From a virus (lineage: Duplodnaviria > Heunggongvirae > Uroviricota > Caudoviricetes): 55,002 nucleotides of DNA. The stretch spans positions 1 through 55,002 of IMG/VR virus record IMGVR_UViG_3300021479_000008; one strand, 5' to 3'. The translations under genes and the position numbers were made by a program. Shown here one piece after another: positions 8,608 to 17,568 of this stretch. A model generated the notes under the pieces. It saw only the letters and a list, made by a program, of their open reading frames with translations. It was not told the DNA's origin and did not search any database. Numbering within the stretch: position 1 is the first letter of the stretch; the number at the start of each line of letters is the position of its first letter.

Positions 8608-9311
8608 TGGTACCTTTCGTTGACATCTTCCAATCGAAGACTTTGTACTCTAGCAATGTTATGTCCCCAACTCCTGCCTCCAATATGCCCGACTGCCGAC
8701 TTGAATGACTTCACACATTGCCACCCAAGATTATGTAACAACCAACAAATCTCAACGTCACTATGAATATGAATATTTCCTGGAGTAGATTCATCTAGGA
8801 ATACTCCAGTTTTATTACCACGTGCTACACTTACTTCTTTCATCGCTTGCATCGATAATACCCACGCGTGACCTGTGACATAATCGGCAGGAACACTTAT
8901 CTGATACCTTCTCGGTTCTGGATCGGATTGCAGACTACCGACTAGTCCGACCTTACCGGTTTTTTCTACCTCTGCCCACACGTCGTACATTTCTTCCAAC
9001 CATCCCGGTCCGAATACCATGTCCGAGTTCAAGACACAAACGCGTTCCGTTCTGGCAAGACTCAAACCAAGATTTACAGCTCGCGTAAACCATCGTTGGA
9101 ATCCCGTACGAACTAACAACGCATTCGGATACTTACGGATTAGGTTGTCAAGGAATTGTGCACCTGGAATATCGCTTGCGTCATCTACGACAATTATCCT
9201 AATGTTCTTGGTATGTTCTACCAACGTTGCAAGACACTGTTCTAGTAACTCACCCGTGGGGAACTGGGGAACTGAATGATACGTCACGATAGCGTCGGTC
9301 GGTGGAACCAT
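8604..9311 (-). CDS. GT2 family glycosyltransferase
   Basis: IIVVDDAS, WFTRAVNLG, VCVLNSDMVF, HSDVEICW. Confidence 0.85.
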   Translation of the reverse strand: MVPPTDAIVTYHSVPQFPTGELLEQCLATLVEHTKNIRIIVVDDASDIPGAQFLDNLIRKYPNALLVRTGFQRWFTRAVNLGLSLARTERVCVLNSDMVFGPGWLEEMYDVWAEVEKTGKVGLVGSLQSDPEPRRYQISVPADYVTGHAWVLSMQAMKEVSVARGNKTGVFLDESTPGNIHIHSDVEICWLLHNLGWQCVKSFKSAVGHIGGRSWGHNIARVQSLRLEDVNERYQ

Positions 9312-9790
9312 TACTCTGATCTCCAGACTGCATCTGACTTTCTCAACAAAAGAACCTTATTGCCATACCAACTAACTTGTCTACGTTTGCGTAGTAGACG
9401 TTCAAACTTATTACTTTTAACGTAACCATACTTAGAATCCCACAACCAACCATATTTCGTAAGCTTCTGCTCATGGATGATTAGCCGCAGTTTTCTTATC
9501 TTCAGTCTACTACTAAATCGCAACACCTTACTTTGTATCGGGAAGTATTTCTTCTTGTCAATGTCTTTACTAAAGTTTCCCGACCGGTATATGTAAACCA
9601 TTTCATCTATATTACATACACCATGGTAAATCGCACCACTAAGAGCAAACGCATTCTTTGAATCTGTGCTGGAGTATAAGCTACCATTTTTTCTTAGCTC
9701 CAGAAAACTTCCATCTTTACTGACTATCTTTTTCACTACCTTCTGTGACTTGTCCATAATTACTGGGAAATTATTGCAATGTCTTTGCAC
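9311..9790 (-). CDS. Hypothetical basic protein
   Basis: ORF fills the gap in the gene run. Confidence 0.5.
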   Translation of the reverse strand: MQRHCNNFPVIMDKSQKVVKKIVSKDGSFLELRKNGSLYSSTDSKNAFALSGAIYHGVCNIDEMVYIYRSGNFSKDIDKKKYFPIQSKVLRFSSRLKIRKLRLIIHEQKLTKYGWLWDSKYGYVKSNKFERLLRKRRQVSWYGNKVLLLRKSDAVWRSE

Positions 9791-10041
9791 TTCTTCAATC
9801 CAGCTTGCAGGTTTGTCAGTGTCTTAACTATACTCTTGTCATCTATGAAAGGTAGGACTTGATTGATCTCACTCGCTACTACATCGGGTTTGGTTGTTTC
9901 TCCGGTTGCTAAGAAACTACTGAGCGGAGTGTTACGTAACTTTTTCAAAGCGTTACTGACGTCACTCCAGCCTTTGGCAGTGGAAATGTCTGATACGAAA
10001 CCTTCACTGTCCACAAGAAAGAAACTCATTTTGTTCCTCAT
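9760..10041 (-). CDS. Hypothetical protein (start possibly MSFF, after a GAGG RBS)
   Basis: Downstream of a TCTGTATAAT element. Confidence 0.6.
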   Translation of the reverse strand: MRNKMSFFLVDSEGFVSDISTAKGWSDVSNALKKLRNTPLSSFLATGETTKPDVVASEINQVLPFIDDKSIVKTLTNLQAGLKKCKDIAIISQ

Positions 10042-10045
10042 TCAT

Positions 10046-10055
10046 ATTATACAGA
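10046..10055 (-). promoter_or_regulatory. Putative promoter element TCTGTATAAT (copy 2)
   Basis: Exact 10-mer in a 24-bp intergenic gap. Confidence 0.6.
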
Positions 10056-10065
10056 TACGCAGTTT

Positions 10066-11679
10066 CTATTTTATATACTTCGTCAGGCCCGCGAAAGTAT
10101 TGACACTTTTCATCATGTGAAGGTTAAATGATCCCAACCCAGCTCGTACCAGTACATCTAATTTCTTTTGACGCATATCAACAACTACCGTGTACGTTCT
10201 CAATTTCTTCTGTCTTGCTTCTTTCATTTTCCTTGCCAATGAAGACTTGTGCATGGTAATTTTCGTATTCTTCATTCCTGGGAATAGGGTTTTTACTTCT
10301 ATACCTACTCCCTTTTTCATCACGTCGAACGGTTCGTGATCGGCTAATTGCGTACCACCTATTGCTTTCGCGACTAGACCTTCACTCAACGTCGATATGT
10401 TATACTTTTCTTTCGTCATGGGAACATACGATGCTTTCGCGCGCTCGATCTTGTTCTCGTCTTTGGGTTTACGCCCGTAAGGATGACGGCCTGAGCCTAG
10501 TCCTCCTCCGTACATGGATACTGGTTTGTGAGACTGAATGGAAACCTGGGGATAGTTATGAACATGATCTTTTATATACTTTTCTATAAACTCTTTCTTG
10601 GAAGGCTCCATCTGATATCCCTTTCCAAGAAGTACAAATGCCCCGCAATCGGCAAAATCTTCGTTTGGATTTCGCTCTGCGTAATGGCGGGTGAACTTTA
10701 TTCCAGCTTTATGTGTCCACTTACTCGTAGCTTTTGGCCATCCTGGTCTTTTCTCAACATAAGGTAAGGATTGCCCTGGTTTCCATCCTATTATCCAACC
10801 CGATAAATCCTGCCATGCTTTTTTCTCCTCTTGTGAAAAGTTTTCGTATATAGAATGAAATACTTCATGTACCACAGTTATTTCTATGTGGTATATCCAA
10901 CCTTCTCCTTTTCCAAGCCTAGTTCTGTTGATGAAATTTTTCGGATTAAAGAATATCGTACTCGTCTCCGGTTCATACTTACCGTGTACTGCATTTAATT
11001 CGTTGGCACTTTTGATCTGCTTTACGTATACCAATAATTCTGGTGGTACACGGGAGATCATCGCTCTAAGACCTTCTTCTTCCGGTCCGGTAAATCCACT
11101 GATCTTGATTCCGTGCCACAACGTTCCGGAATAATCTCCTGCTGGGGAAGATTCTGTGGCTGCTTCTAACTCTTTCTTAGGCTCCCACCAGTCACTACAA
11201 AATTCGTCTGCGGGTAGGGGAAGTTTCTTAGAGCCATCATTCCACTTGATGTAATACTCGTTACTACATTCTTTCTTATCTTCGCTCACATACTTACACG
11301 AAGCACAACTACTTCCTCCTTTTGGAACCTGCATTGCTGCTTTGTGATCATCTGGGTAAGTTGCTTCACCAGCTTTCAAAGACTGCCTCAACGTCTCGGC
11401 TAAATCACCTTGGAAAGAAGTAGCATACCTACGTAAGAAAGATTCTCCGTGACGCTTGTACTGATTCCTCATGTCCTCTATCGCATCGGCATTGGAAATA
11501 CCACGATGCCTGCCGTAACGTTCTACGGCTTCATTGCACTTAGGACATAGATTCTTTTTTGTGTTTACGTTGCAGACTTCACAGTGTCTACCTGATCCCG
11601 GACCACCACTGGTAATATCGTGGACGGTATCGGCTATTGCTTCTACAGCACTGGCGACGATGTCTTCTACGGGAATCAT
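10066..11679 (-). CDS. Multi-domain GGPGSG-motif protein with zincin metallopeptidase domain
   Basis: HEVFH plus downstream NEDFAD; GGPGSGR and GGLGSGR motifs; Cys clusters; C-terminal PD-(D/E)xK-like FDV...IEVK. Confidence 0.7.
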   Translation of the reverse strand: MIPVEDIVASAVEAIADTVHDITSGGPGSGRHCEVCNVNTKKNLCPKCNEAVERYGRHRGISNADAIEDMRNQYKRHGESFLRRYATSFQGDLAETLRQSLKAGEATYPDDHKAAMQVPKGGSSCASCKYVSEDKKECSNEYYIKWNDGSKKLPLPADEFCSDWWEPKKELEAATESSPAGDYSGTLWHGIKISGFTGPEEEGLRAMISRVPPELLVYVKQIKSANELNAVHGKYEPETSTIFFNPKNFINRTRLGKGEGWIYHIEITVVHEVFHSIYENFSQEEKKAWQDLSGWIIGWKPGQSLPYVEKRPGWPKATSKWTHKAGIKFTRHYAERNPNEDFADCGAFVLLGKGYQMEPSKKEFIEKYIKDHVHNYPQVSIQSHKPVSMYGGGLGSGRHPYGRKPKDENKIERAKASYVPMTKEKYNISTLSEGLVAKAIGGTQLADHEPFDVMKKGVGIEVKTLFPGMKNTKITMHKSSLARKMKEARQKKLRTYTVVVDMRQKKLDVLVRAGLGSFNLHMMKSVNTFAGLTKYIK

Positions 11680-11685
11680 TTTTAC

Positions 11686-12072
11686 CTAAGCGAATGTAAC
11701 GTTTCCTTGTTGAACAAAAAAGTGGGCTTCACAACCACTCGTAAGCAATACAGATGATGAACCTGCGACTAGACTTAAATCTTCGTAATTTGTACCCACA
11801 AGATTCCAACGCCCTGGCTTAGGATCAATATCAGGTGGAACTTTGGGAGACCAACACAATACCCAATGTGTTCCAACCGATCCTTTATTCTGTTCAAAAC
11901 ACTTAGGACACATAAACGTTATTCCATCAGCTTCTTGTGGTGTATCTACATATACTTGATATTCACGTGGTCCTGTTACTTCCTCATCAGTACCATCTTC
12001 CTTACGTCTAGTCCATTGCTCTACTCTTTCTTCGCGACGTAGGAACTGCGGTTCTAATGTACTAAGTCTCAT
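11686..12072 (-). CDS. Cys/His metal-binding protein (DUF6527-like)
   Basis: FMCPKC...RWNLVG...DLSL...GCEAHFFVQQG pattern; family recalled from motif only. Confidence 0.45.
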   Translation of the reverse strand: MRLSTLEPQFLRREERVEQWTRRKEDGTDEEVTGPREYQVYVDTPQEADGITFMCPKCFEQNKGSVGTHWVLCWSPKVPPDIDPKPGRWNLVGTNYEDLSLVAGSSSVLLTSGCEAHFFVQQGNVTFA

Positions 12073-14099
12073 ATTGCTGCAGCTCCAAAAGCGCGGAACA
12101 TACCACCGCCATTTATCCTGCGTCTCCTGTTACGCAATGCACTGGCATAATAGGCACTAGGTGTTGCTATGGCTGTAGTACGAACGGGTACCATTGGAGG
12201 AATTCCACCCGGCTTTGAACGTTTCAACAACTTCATTCTTTGTTCCTTGGTGTCTTTACTATTACGTCTTTGTACGTCCATAAATTTGTTGTCCTTTTCC
12301 TGCGGATCGTCTACCGGTACTTTCTGCCCTTTTCCTCTCTTGGCTAACGAAGGAGGAGCGAACCACGTCATTGGATCGATATAACCCCATGACTGGGCTC
12401 CGGCCATTGGTTCTCCTTGATCTCCGAACGCGGCTATCTTCGGTGGCCGTATTAACTTATCCGATCTATCTGGGAACAACTTCAATTGGTTTTTGTTCTT
12501 ATGGGCTAGTGCTCGTTCCTTTTCCGGACTCTTCCACTGGTTAAGACCTTTTGCGGAAGATTTACGTCCTGAACCTGGTCCACCCGCTTTGATAGTTGTC
12601 TCTCCACCTATACCGTACCTTTCACTCAAAAAAGTTTTCAAATCATTGAGCGCAACTTTGAAAGACTGTTCTTTATCTTGTTCTGCGTTATGCTGGGTGT
12701 AGTAACCGATCCTCTCTAGTTTATTTCCCGTAGCTCTTGGAGCGTTTGTTATCTCTGTAACTTTAACATGTCCAACATCAGTAGGATGCTTTACTACATT
12801 TACTTGATGGCCTCTAGCTGTGTAGTACTGATTACTAGTACTTTTGAACCCTTCTTTGAACTTGCCATAACTTGGATGCCTACCACTACCGGGGCCACCT
12901 GCATCCACATACGGTTCTATTCCAGCCCGACGCTCTGATTTCTTAAACTCAGAAGGCGATTGTCTGATTACTTTCCCTGCATACATCCGTGTCATCTTCT
13001 CTACGTACGCACTGGTTGCTTCTTTATGCGCGTCCTCGTGCTTCATACCTGCTTGTTTCGCTAACTGATATATACGCTGGTACTCCTTCATTGCTTGTTT
13101 CTTGCGGCCACTTCCCGGTCCTCCGGCGAATAGATTCTTTGGAAGACTAGGTTCTATGAAGCTTTTTCTGTCGGCTACGGCTTGGCCCATCTCTCTACTG
13201 GGGTAGCAGCCAAAGCTACGGTCTACACCCGAATCACTTACAACACAATACTGAGTTCCCTGTTTTACTATTCTCTTTTTCCCTTTTGGTGGGTTTGGCG
13301 ACGTTTCCAGTTCTACATTCTCTTCTTTCGCTTCTACTAATCCTCCAACGTGTTTCTGCTTTCTGATGAGCTTACGGAAATGTTTACGCTCTCTACCATT
13401 GTGATCGTCTGGTGGTAGTATTTCTCCCGTCTTACGGTCTACTTCCCACTGAACATCTTTATAGGCTTCGTGCGTAATCGTCGCATCTGGATCGTCAGGA
13501 TCGTGGGTTGCCTTTACACTTGTCGGAAACATGCTAGGCTCTCTGTCTGCCAGATTTGTGAGATACATGAAATCGCGAGAAATATTCTCACCGTTACGGA
13601 AACGTATGTTGGCTCGCGTTCCTTTTACTTTCATGACTACGCCACGTCCGTGGAATCCGTGTACGTATACCTGGTCTCCAACTCCGAATGTACTGGAGAA
13701 TAACATCTTGTTACTTTCTTCTTTGATACGCTGCTTGAATTCTTTCAACGGGCAAACCGTAACACTTCCGTAAAAATGATTGGGCAAATCATAGTTTTTG
13801 AAATAGGCTTCCTTGGCGGCTAACACATCTGGGAACCCAAGCATACATTTGTCTTCGTCCCATTGCGTTCCTTGCTTGTCCGTCTGGTGGATAATGTACA
13901 CGAACTTTGCTGATGTATCTGGTCCGAGAAAAACATCTATGGCGTCCCCGTCGGCTCCTGTTGTACCAACTATGTACCCATAATCATGTGAAAGTACCGT
14001 ACTCCACGGTTTTCCAGATTGTTTATCAACTCCAGACCGGGTGCTTCCGGCTGGATTCTCTATACAAATCTTTATTCCACGGAATACGGTGTATTTCAC
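12069..14099 (-). CDS. Polyvalent-type protein: N-terminal InPase (inorganic pyrophosphatase-like) domain plus three GGPGSGR-delimited modules
   Basis: IENPAGSTRSG...DYGYIVGTTGADGDAIDVFLGP...WDEDKCMLGF; GTG start with GGAGG RBS. Confidence 0.75.
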   Translation of the reverse strand: MKYTVFRGIKICIENPAGSTRSGVDKQSGKPWSTVLSHDYGYIVGTTGADGDAIDVFLGPDTSAKFVYIIHQTDKQGTQWDEDKCMLGFPDVLAAKEAYFKNYDLPNHFYGSVTVCPLKEFKQRIKEESNKMLFSSTFGVGDQVYVHGFHGRGVVMKVKGTRANIRFRNGENISRDFMYLTNLADREPSMFPTSVKATHDPDDPDATITHEAYKDVQWEVDRKTGEILPPDDHNGRERKHFRKLIRKQKHVGGLVEAKEENVELETSPNPPKGKKRIVKQGTQYCVVSDSGVDRSFGCYPSREMGQAVADRKSFIEPSLPKNLFAGGPGSGRKKQAMKEYQRIYQLAKQAGMKHEDAHKEATSAYVEKMTRMYAGKVIRQSPSEFKKSERRAGIEPYVDAGGPGSGRHPSYGKFKEGFKSTSNQYYTARGHQVNVVKHPTDVGHVKVTEITNAPRATGNKLERIGYYTQHNAEQDKEQSFKVALNDLKTFLSERYGIGGETTIKAGGPGSGRKSSAKGLNQWKSPEKERALAHKNKNQLKLFPDRSDKLIRPPKIAAFGDQGEPMAGAQSWGYIDPMTWFAPPSLAKRGKGQKVPVDDPQEKDNKFMDVQRRNSKDTKEQRMKLLKRSKPGGIPPMVPVRTTAIATPSAYYASALRNRRRRINGGGMFRAFGAAAI

Positions 14100-14258
14100 A
14101 TCACCCTCCGATCAAAATTCTCGTGTTTAAGACACGTATAGGAGATAGGGCGTGCCTGCGTTTACGTGGTTTGAGACGGGTTATTTTCGTAGCAGAGGGG
14201 TTTGGATAGGGAAAGGGAAAGGACGTGTGTAAACGCGTTTTGCACATAAGTAACAACT

Positions 14259-14462
14259 TTACGAACCACTTGGAATCTGCGGCGGTGTAAAAGACGTATT
14301 GTTGAACAAATACGTTACTTTCGGGCTCTCACGAAATGTACCACCAGCGTTTTCAAGACTTTTCTGGTTGGTAAGTCCTTGCGAGGCCAACTTTACTAAC
14401 AAGCCAGCAGTTTCTAGCGCATCTTCACGAGCGCGCAATAGTGGAGCAACGTGTAACGGCAT
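14259..14462 (-). CDS. Hypothetical protein (67 aa, MPLHVAP...)
   Basis: AAGGAGG RBS before the ATG at 14462. Confidence 0.5.
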   Translation of the reverse strand: MPLHVAPLLRAREDALETAGLLVKLASQGLTNQKSLENAGGTFRESPKVTYLFNNTSFTPPQIPSGS

Positions 14463-14463
14463 T

Positions 14464-14814
14464 TTAATACCCTCCTTGGAGTGATAGTTCTTTGTAACTG
14501 TAATCCTTTTCTTTACCTTTGTGCTTCTGGTGCAAAGATTCTGCACACTCAACGGTCCCAAAGATCACGTGTACTCTATTTGTCCCAAGTTTCTGATGAA
14601 TTTCTGCAATCTGTTCCCACGAAGGATACTCAATACGGAACTCTGTACGTGGCAACTGGATAAGAAGGTCTATGTCGGACCAGTCAGTCTGCTTCCCCGA
14701 TGCATACGAACCTATCAACAGAATCTTTTCTACTTTCTTCGGGAATAGGACTATGTTACAAATGTCTCTTACCAGTCCTGCTTTCTCCAGAATCTGTGAT
14801 TTGGTAAATATCAT
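14464..14814 (-). CDS. Minimal nucleotidyltransferase (Pol-beta superfamily)
   Basis: LLIGSYASG...SDIDLLI (GS...DxD). Confidence 0.8.
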   Translation of the reverse strand: MIFTKSQILEKAGLVRDICNIVLFPKKVEKILLIGSYASGKQTDWSDIDLLIQLPRTEFRIEYPSWEQIAEIHQKLGTNRVHVIFGTVECAESLHQKHKGKEKDYSYKELSLQGGY

Positions 14815-15326
14815 TAGTCACCATACGTACTAGTAAATCGTTGTATTCCTTTAATCCCATTGGCAACTTGTGGTTTAGCAGTTCTACTCCCATTCCAACA
14901 CTGTACCTTTCCAACTTTACCATTTACAAAATTAACCTGTATCCAAGTTCCGTCACCTTCATATTCTGTGTTTCGAGAATACATCCGACGGGTTACTGAA
15001 TTATTATCTTTCCCAAAAGAACGCATTTCCATCATATGATCAACAGTTTCAATACTATCCGAACCCGCATTCATATCGGGATTATGTTCGACCAGTCTTT
15101 GTCTCGCTTTCTGCCGTACTGCCGGTGTAGTGCTTGGATCTGGACGCGAAATGATCTTCGAGTAAGGTCTAGCTAGCATTGCTGTCTCGGCTTCACTCGG
15201 CGTATCGTGCTCACTGATTACATCCTGATATTTCGTATCGACAACTTTATACTTACGTCCTATCTTGGAACTGCCCCCTCCTTGACTTCCTTCACAGTAT
15301 AACGTTATGGAATCTTGAAGGTTCAT
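14814..15326 (-). CDS. Hypothetical protein with MNLQ N-terminus
   Basis: MNLQDSITL resembles the N-termini of 25206-26429 and 26954-27859. Confidence 0.6.
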   Translation of the reverse strand: MNLQDSITLYCEGSQGGGSSKIGRKYKVVDTKYQDVISEHDTPSEAETAMLARPYSKIISRPDPSTTPAVRQKARQRLVEHNPDMNAGSDSIETVDHMMEMRSFGKDNNSVTRRMYSRNTEYEGDGTWIQVNFVNGKVGKVQCWNGSRTAKPQVANGIKGIQRFTSTYGD

Positions 15327-16294
15327 GCCGTCACCATACGCTGTGCTTCTTTTATGTCAGCTAAAACCATCAACTTTACCAAATCCAAAAAGTTTGTTTC
15401 TGGAACCCATCCCAACTTAACGGCCGCTTTGGTAGCATCAGCTAAAATTGTATATGTTTCACTATGTCGCAACGAATCACTAGAGAATGGGACTAGATCT
15501 ATTGTACGTACATCGGCAGCTTGCATTGCAGCTTTCAGAAATTCTTGTACCGTATGACCAATCCCCGTACCTATCACAAAATCTTCCGGTATATCCTGTT
15601 GTAGCATCTTATACATCGCTTTGACGTAATCGCTGGCATAGCCCCAATCACGTACTGTTGTAATTGTACCAAGCTTTAACGCAGGTTTCTCTCCGATCGC
15701 ATACTGTGCAACTGCACGTGTAATTTTTCTCGTGACCATGTCTTCTGTTCTTCGAGGACTTTCGTGATTGAAAAGAATACCACCAACCACGTAATAGCCT
15801 TTGTCTCTGTACATCTCAACTATTCTGTGTGCTGCATACTTGGATATACTGTACGGAGTAATAGGATTAAACGAAGTATTTTCATTTACTACAACCTGTC
15901 CTTTCCCATCAAACTTACCGTACATAGTTGCAGAAGATGCCTGGTAAACACGAGTATTCTTGAACTGCAACTTTTCGACGCAACGCATAAGCCGCATGAA
16001 ACCGTTCGTGTTAACATCAAACGTATCAACGGGATATTCTATACTGGCTGGAACAGTTGACTGTCCCGCAAAATTGTAAATCTCATCTGGTTCAACTCTT
16101 CTGAGTAACGTCAATAATGATAATTCGTCTCGTATATCGGCATAAGCATATCTAACCCCGGAAATAAAATTCCCGCCAGATGATAGTGTACTTCCTCTGG
16201 CCGTTCCCCATACCTCATAACCAAGTCCGAGTAACAACTCTGCCATATAACTTCCATCTTGTCCAAGAGCGCCAGTGATTAAAGCTTTTTTCAT
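15323..16294 (-). CDS. gmd: GDP-mannose 4,6-dehydratase
   Basis: ALITGALGQDGSYMAELLL, YQASSATMYG, YSISK, LFNHESPRR, RDWGYASDY. Confidence 0.9.
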   Translation of the reverse strand: MKKALITGALGQDGSYMAELLLGLGYEVWGTARGSTLSSGGNFISGVRYAYADIRDELSLLTLLRRVEPDEIYNFAGQSTVPASIEYPVDTFDVNTNGFMRLMRCVEKLQFKNTRVYQASSATMYGKFDGKGQVVVNENTSFNPITPYSISKYAAHRIVEMYRDKGYYVVGGILFNHESPRRTEDMVTRKITRAVAQYAIGEKPALKLGTITTVRDWGYASDYVKAMYKMLQQDIPEDFVIGTGIGHTVQEFLKAAMQAADVRTIDLVPFSSDSLRHSETYTILADATKAAVKLGWVPETNFLDLVKLMVLADIKEAQRMVTA

Positions 16295-17568
16295 TTTGCC
16301 CCTATCGTCATCGTAGCGATTCGCTGTTCTGTCTCAACTATCATGGGACGTGGAAGTGGGAAGATAAACCTGCCCCCACCTTCCAACCATTTCTCTTCTC
16401 GTTTACGAATACTCTCACGGAAGTGCCACGGAAGTACGAGTGCTGTTTTTGCCTTACTACGAAACTCTTCTTCAGTAATAATTGGCCACCATGTTCCAAC
16501 CATTCGTAACCCAATCTTATGCTCATCTCGATCGGCTACACCAAGGACCATTTCCGATCCGCCGTTCCGAAACATAAACTGGGTTAAGACTGTACCGCGA
16601 GTAGAAGCTCCGTACGCATACAAAGGAGCATATTTCTCCAACGTCATTTTCAACACAGTAGCCAGATTCTTTGCCCGTTCTGAAAACAAATAGTAGGCTG
16701 CATTCGTATCAAGACCCATCTTCATTTCCAACAACTGGGTTGTGTACATTGTATCACCCAACGACTTCGTTTCCTCTGTCATTTTGTTTACAAATGGCGG
16801 ATGGGAAATATATACCCGTAACGATCCACCGTTTGACTGACTCAGTTCCACACCTTTTATTTCTAGACCTGCACGCTTCACCGCTTCTTGTAACGATAAC
16901 AACGAGTAGTAGGCAATATGTTCGTGACAAATAAAATCCAACGCACAGTCTTTCAGCATCGTACCGAGATAGTTTAACTGGATGATAAGAATGCCTTCAT
17001 CATCTAACAGGTCTCGGCAATCTTCCAGAAACTTTACCGGATCACTCACATCGTAGAACATTGCGACTGCCGTAATGATCTTGAACTTGGGAACGACTCC
17101 CATTACCGTGACTGCTTCTTTGGAAAAGAACTCCGGTATACCTACATCTATCTTATCGTTCGCCATGCCTTCGGCAATAAGTTCTCCGCACGGATCGACT
17201 CCGAATGTCATGACTCTTTTATCGTACCAACCTAATAGGGTACCGTCATTCGCGCCAATATCCAATACTCTATCTCCCGGTTCCATCTGAACTGCTGCCT
17301 GGGCATGTTGCACAACTGCAAGCAATTCGTCTCTCATCTGTTCGTTGATACCACTACGATACCAGAACTTACGGTACAACCTTTCTGGGCTGACTTTATT
17401 CTTCAACTGAACAAGATGGCAACTTGGACACTTCATAAGTATAAGCGGAGCTTTCAATAATTTCTCGTCTTTCTCTTTTACGAAATCAACAACGTATTGC
17501 TCCCCCATGTCTAACAACGGTGTTACGGGTGTCTTGCAGATCAAACATTCTTTCATTTCTTCGATCAT
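16291..17568 (-). CDS. NDP-hexose C-methyltransferase-like SAM-dependent methyltransferase
   Basis: N-terminal CLIC...CPSC, VLDIGANDG, ICHEHIAYYS, YGASTRG, LPWHF. Confidence 0.8.
   Translation of the reverse strand: MIEEMKECLICKTPVTPLLDMGEQYVVDFVKEKDEKLLKAPLILMKCPSCHLVQLKNKVSPERLYRKFWYRSGINEQMRDELLAVVQHAQAAVQMEPGDRVLDIGANDGTLLGWYDKRVMTFGVDPCGELIAEGMANDKIDVGIPEFFSKEAVTVMGVVPKFKIITAVAMFYDVSDPVKFLEDCRDLLDDEGILIIQLNYLGTMLKDCALDFICHEHIAYYSLLSLQEAVKRAGLEIKGVELSQSNGGSLRVYISHPPFVNKMTEETKSLGDTMYTTQLLEMKMGLDTNAAYYLFSERAKNLATVLKMTLEKYAPLYAYGASTRGTVLTQFMFRNGGSEMVLGVADRDEHKIGLRMVGTWWPIITEEEFRSKAKTALVLPWHFRESIRKREEKWLEGGGRFIFPLPRPMIVETEQRIATMTIGAK

Noticed and set aside
12564-13124. GGPGSGR as an adenylate-kinase-like P-loop (GGPGSGK)
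   Set aside because: It lacks the catalytic Lys-Ser/Thr, has no preceding hydrophobic beta-strand or Walker B, and recurs three times in one protein in disordered context.
14101-14247. 48-aa ORF (MCKTRLH...LIGG) filling the gap before the InPase gene
   Set aside because: No RBS, biased C-rich sequence and no motif; could be a regulatory leader. Not enough support to call a gene.
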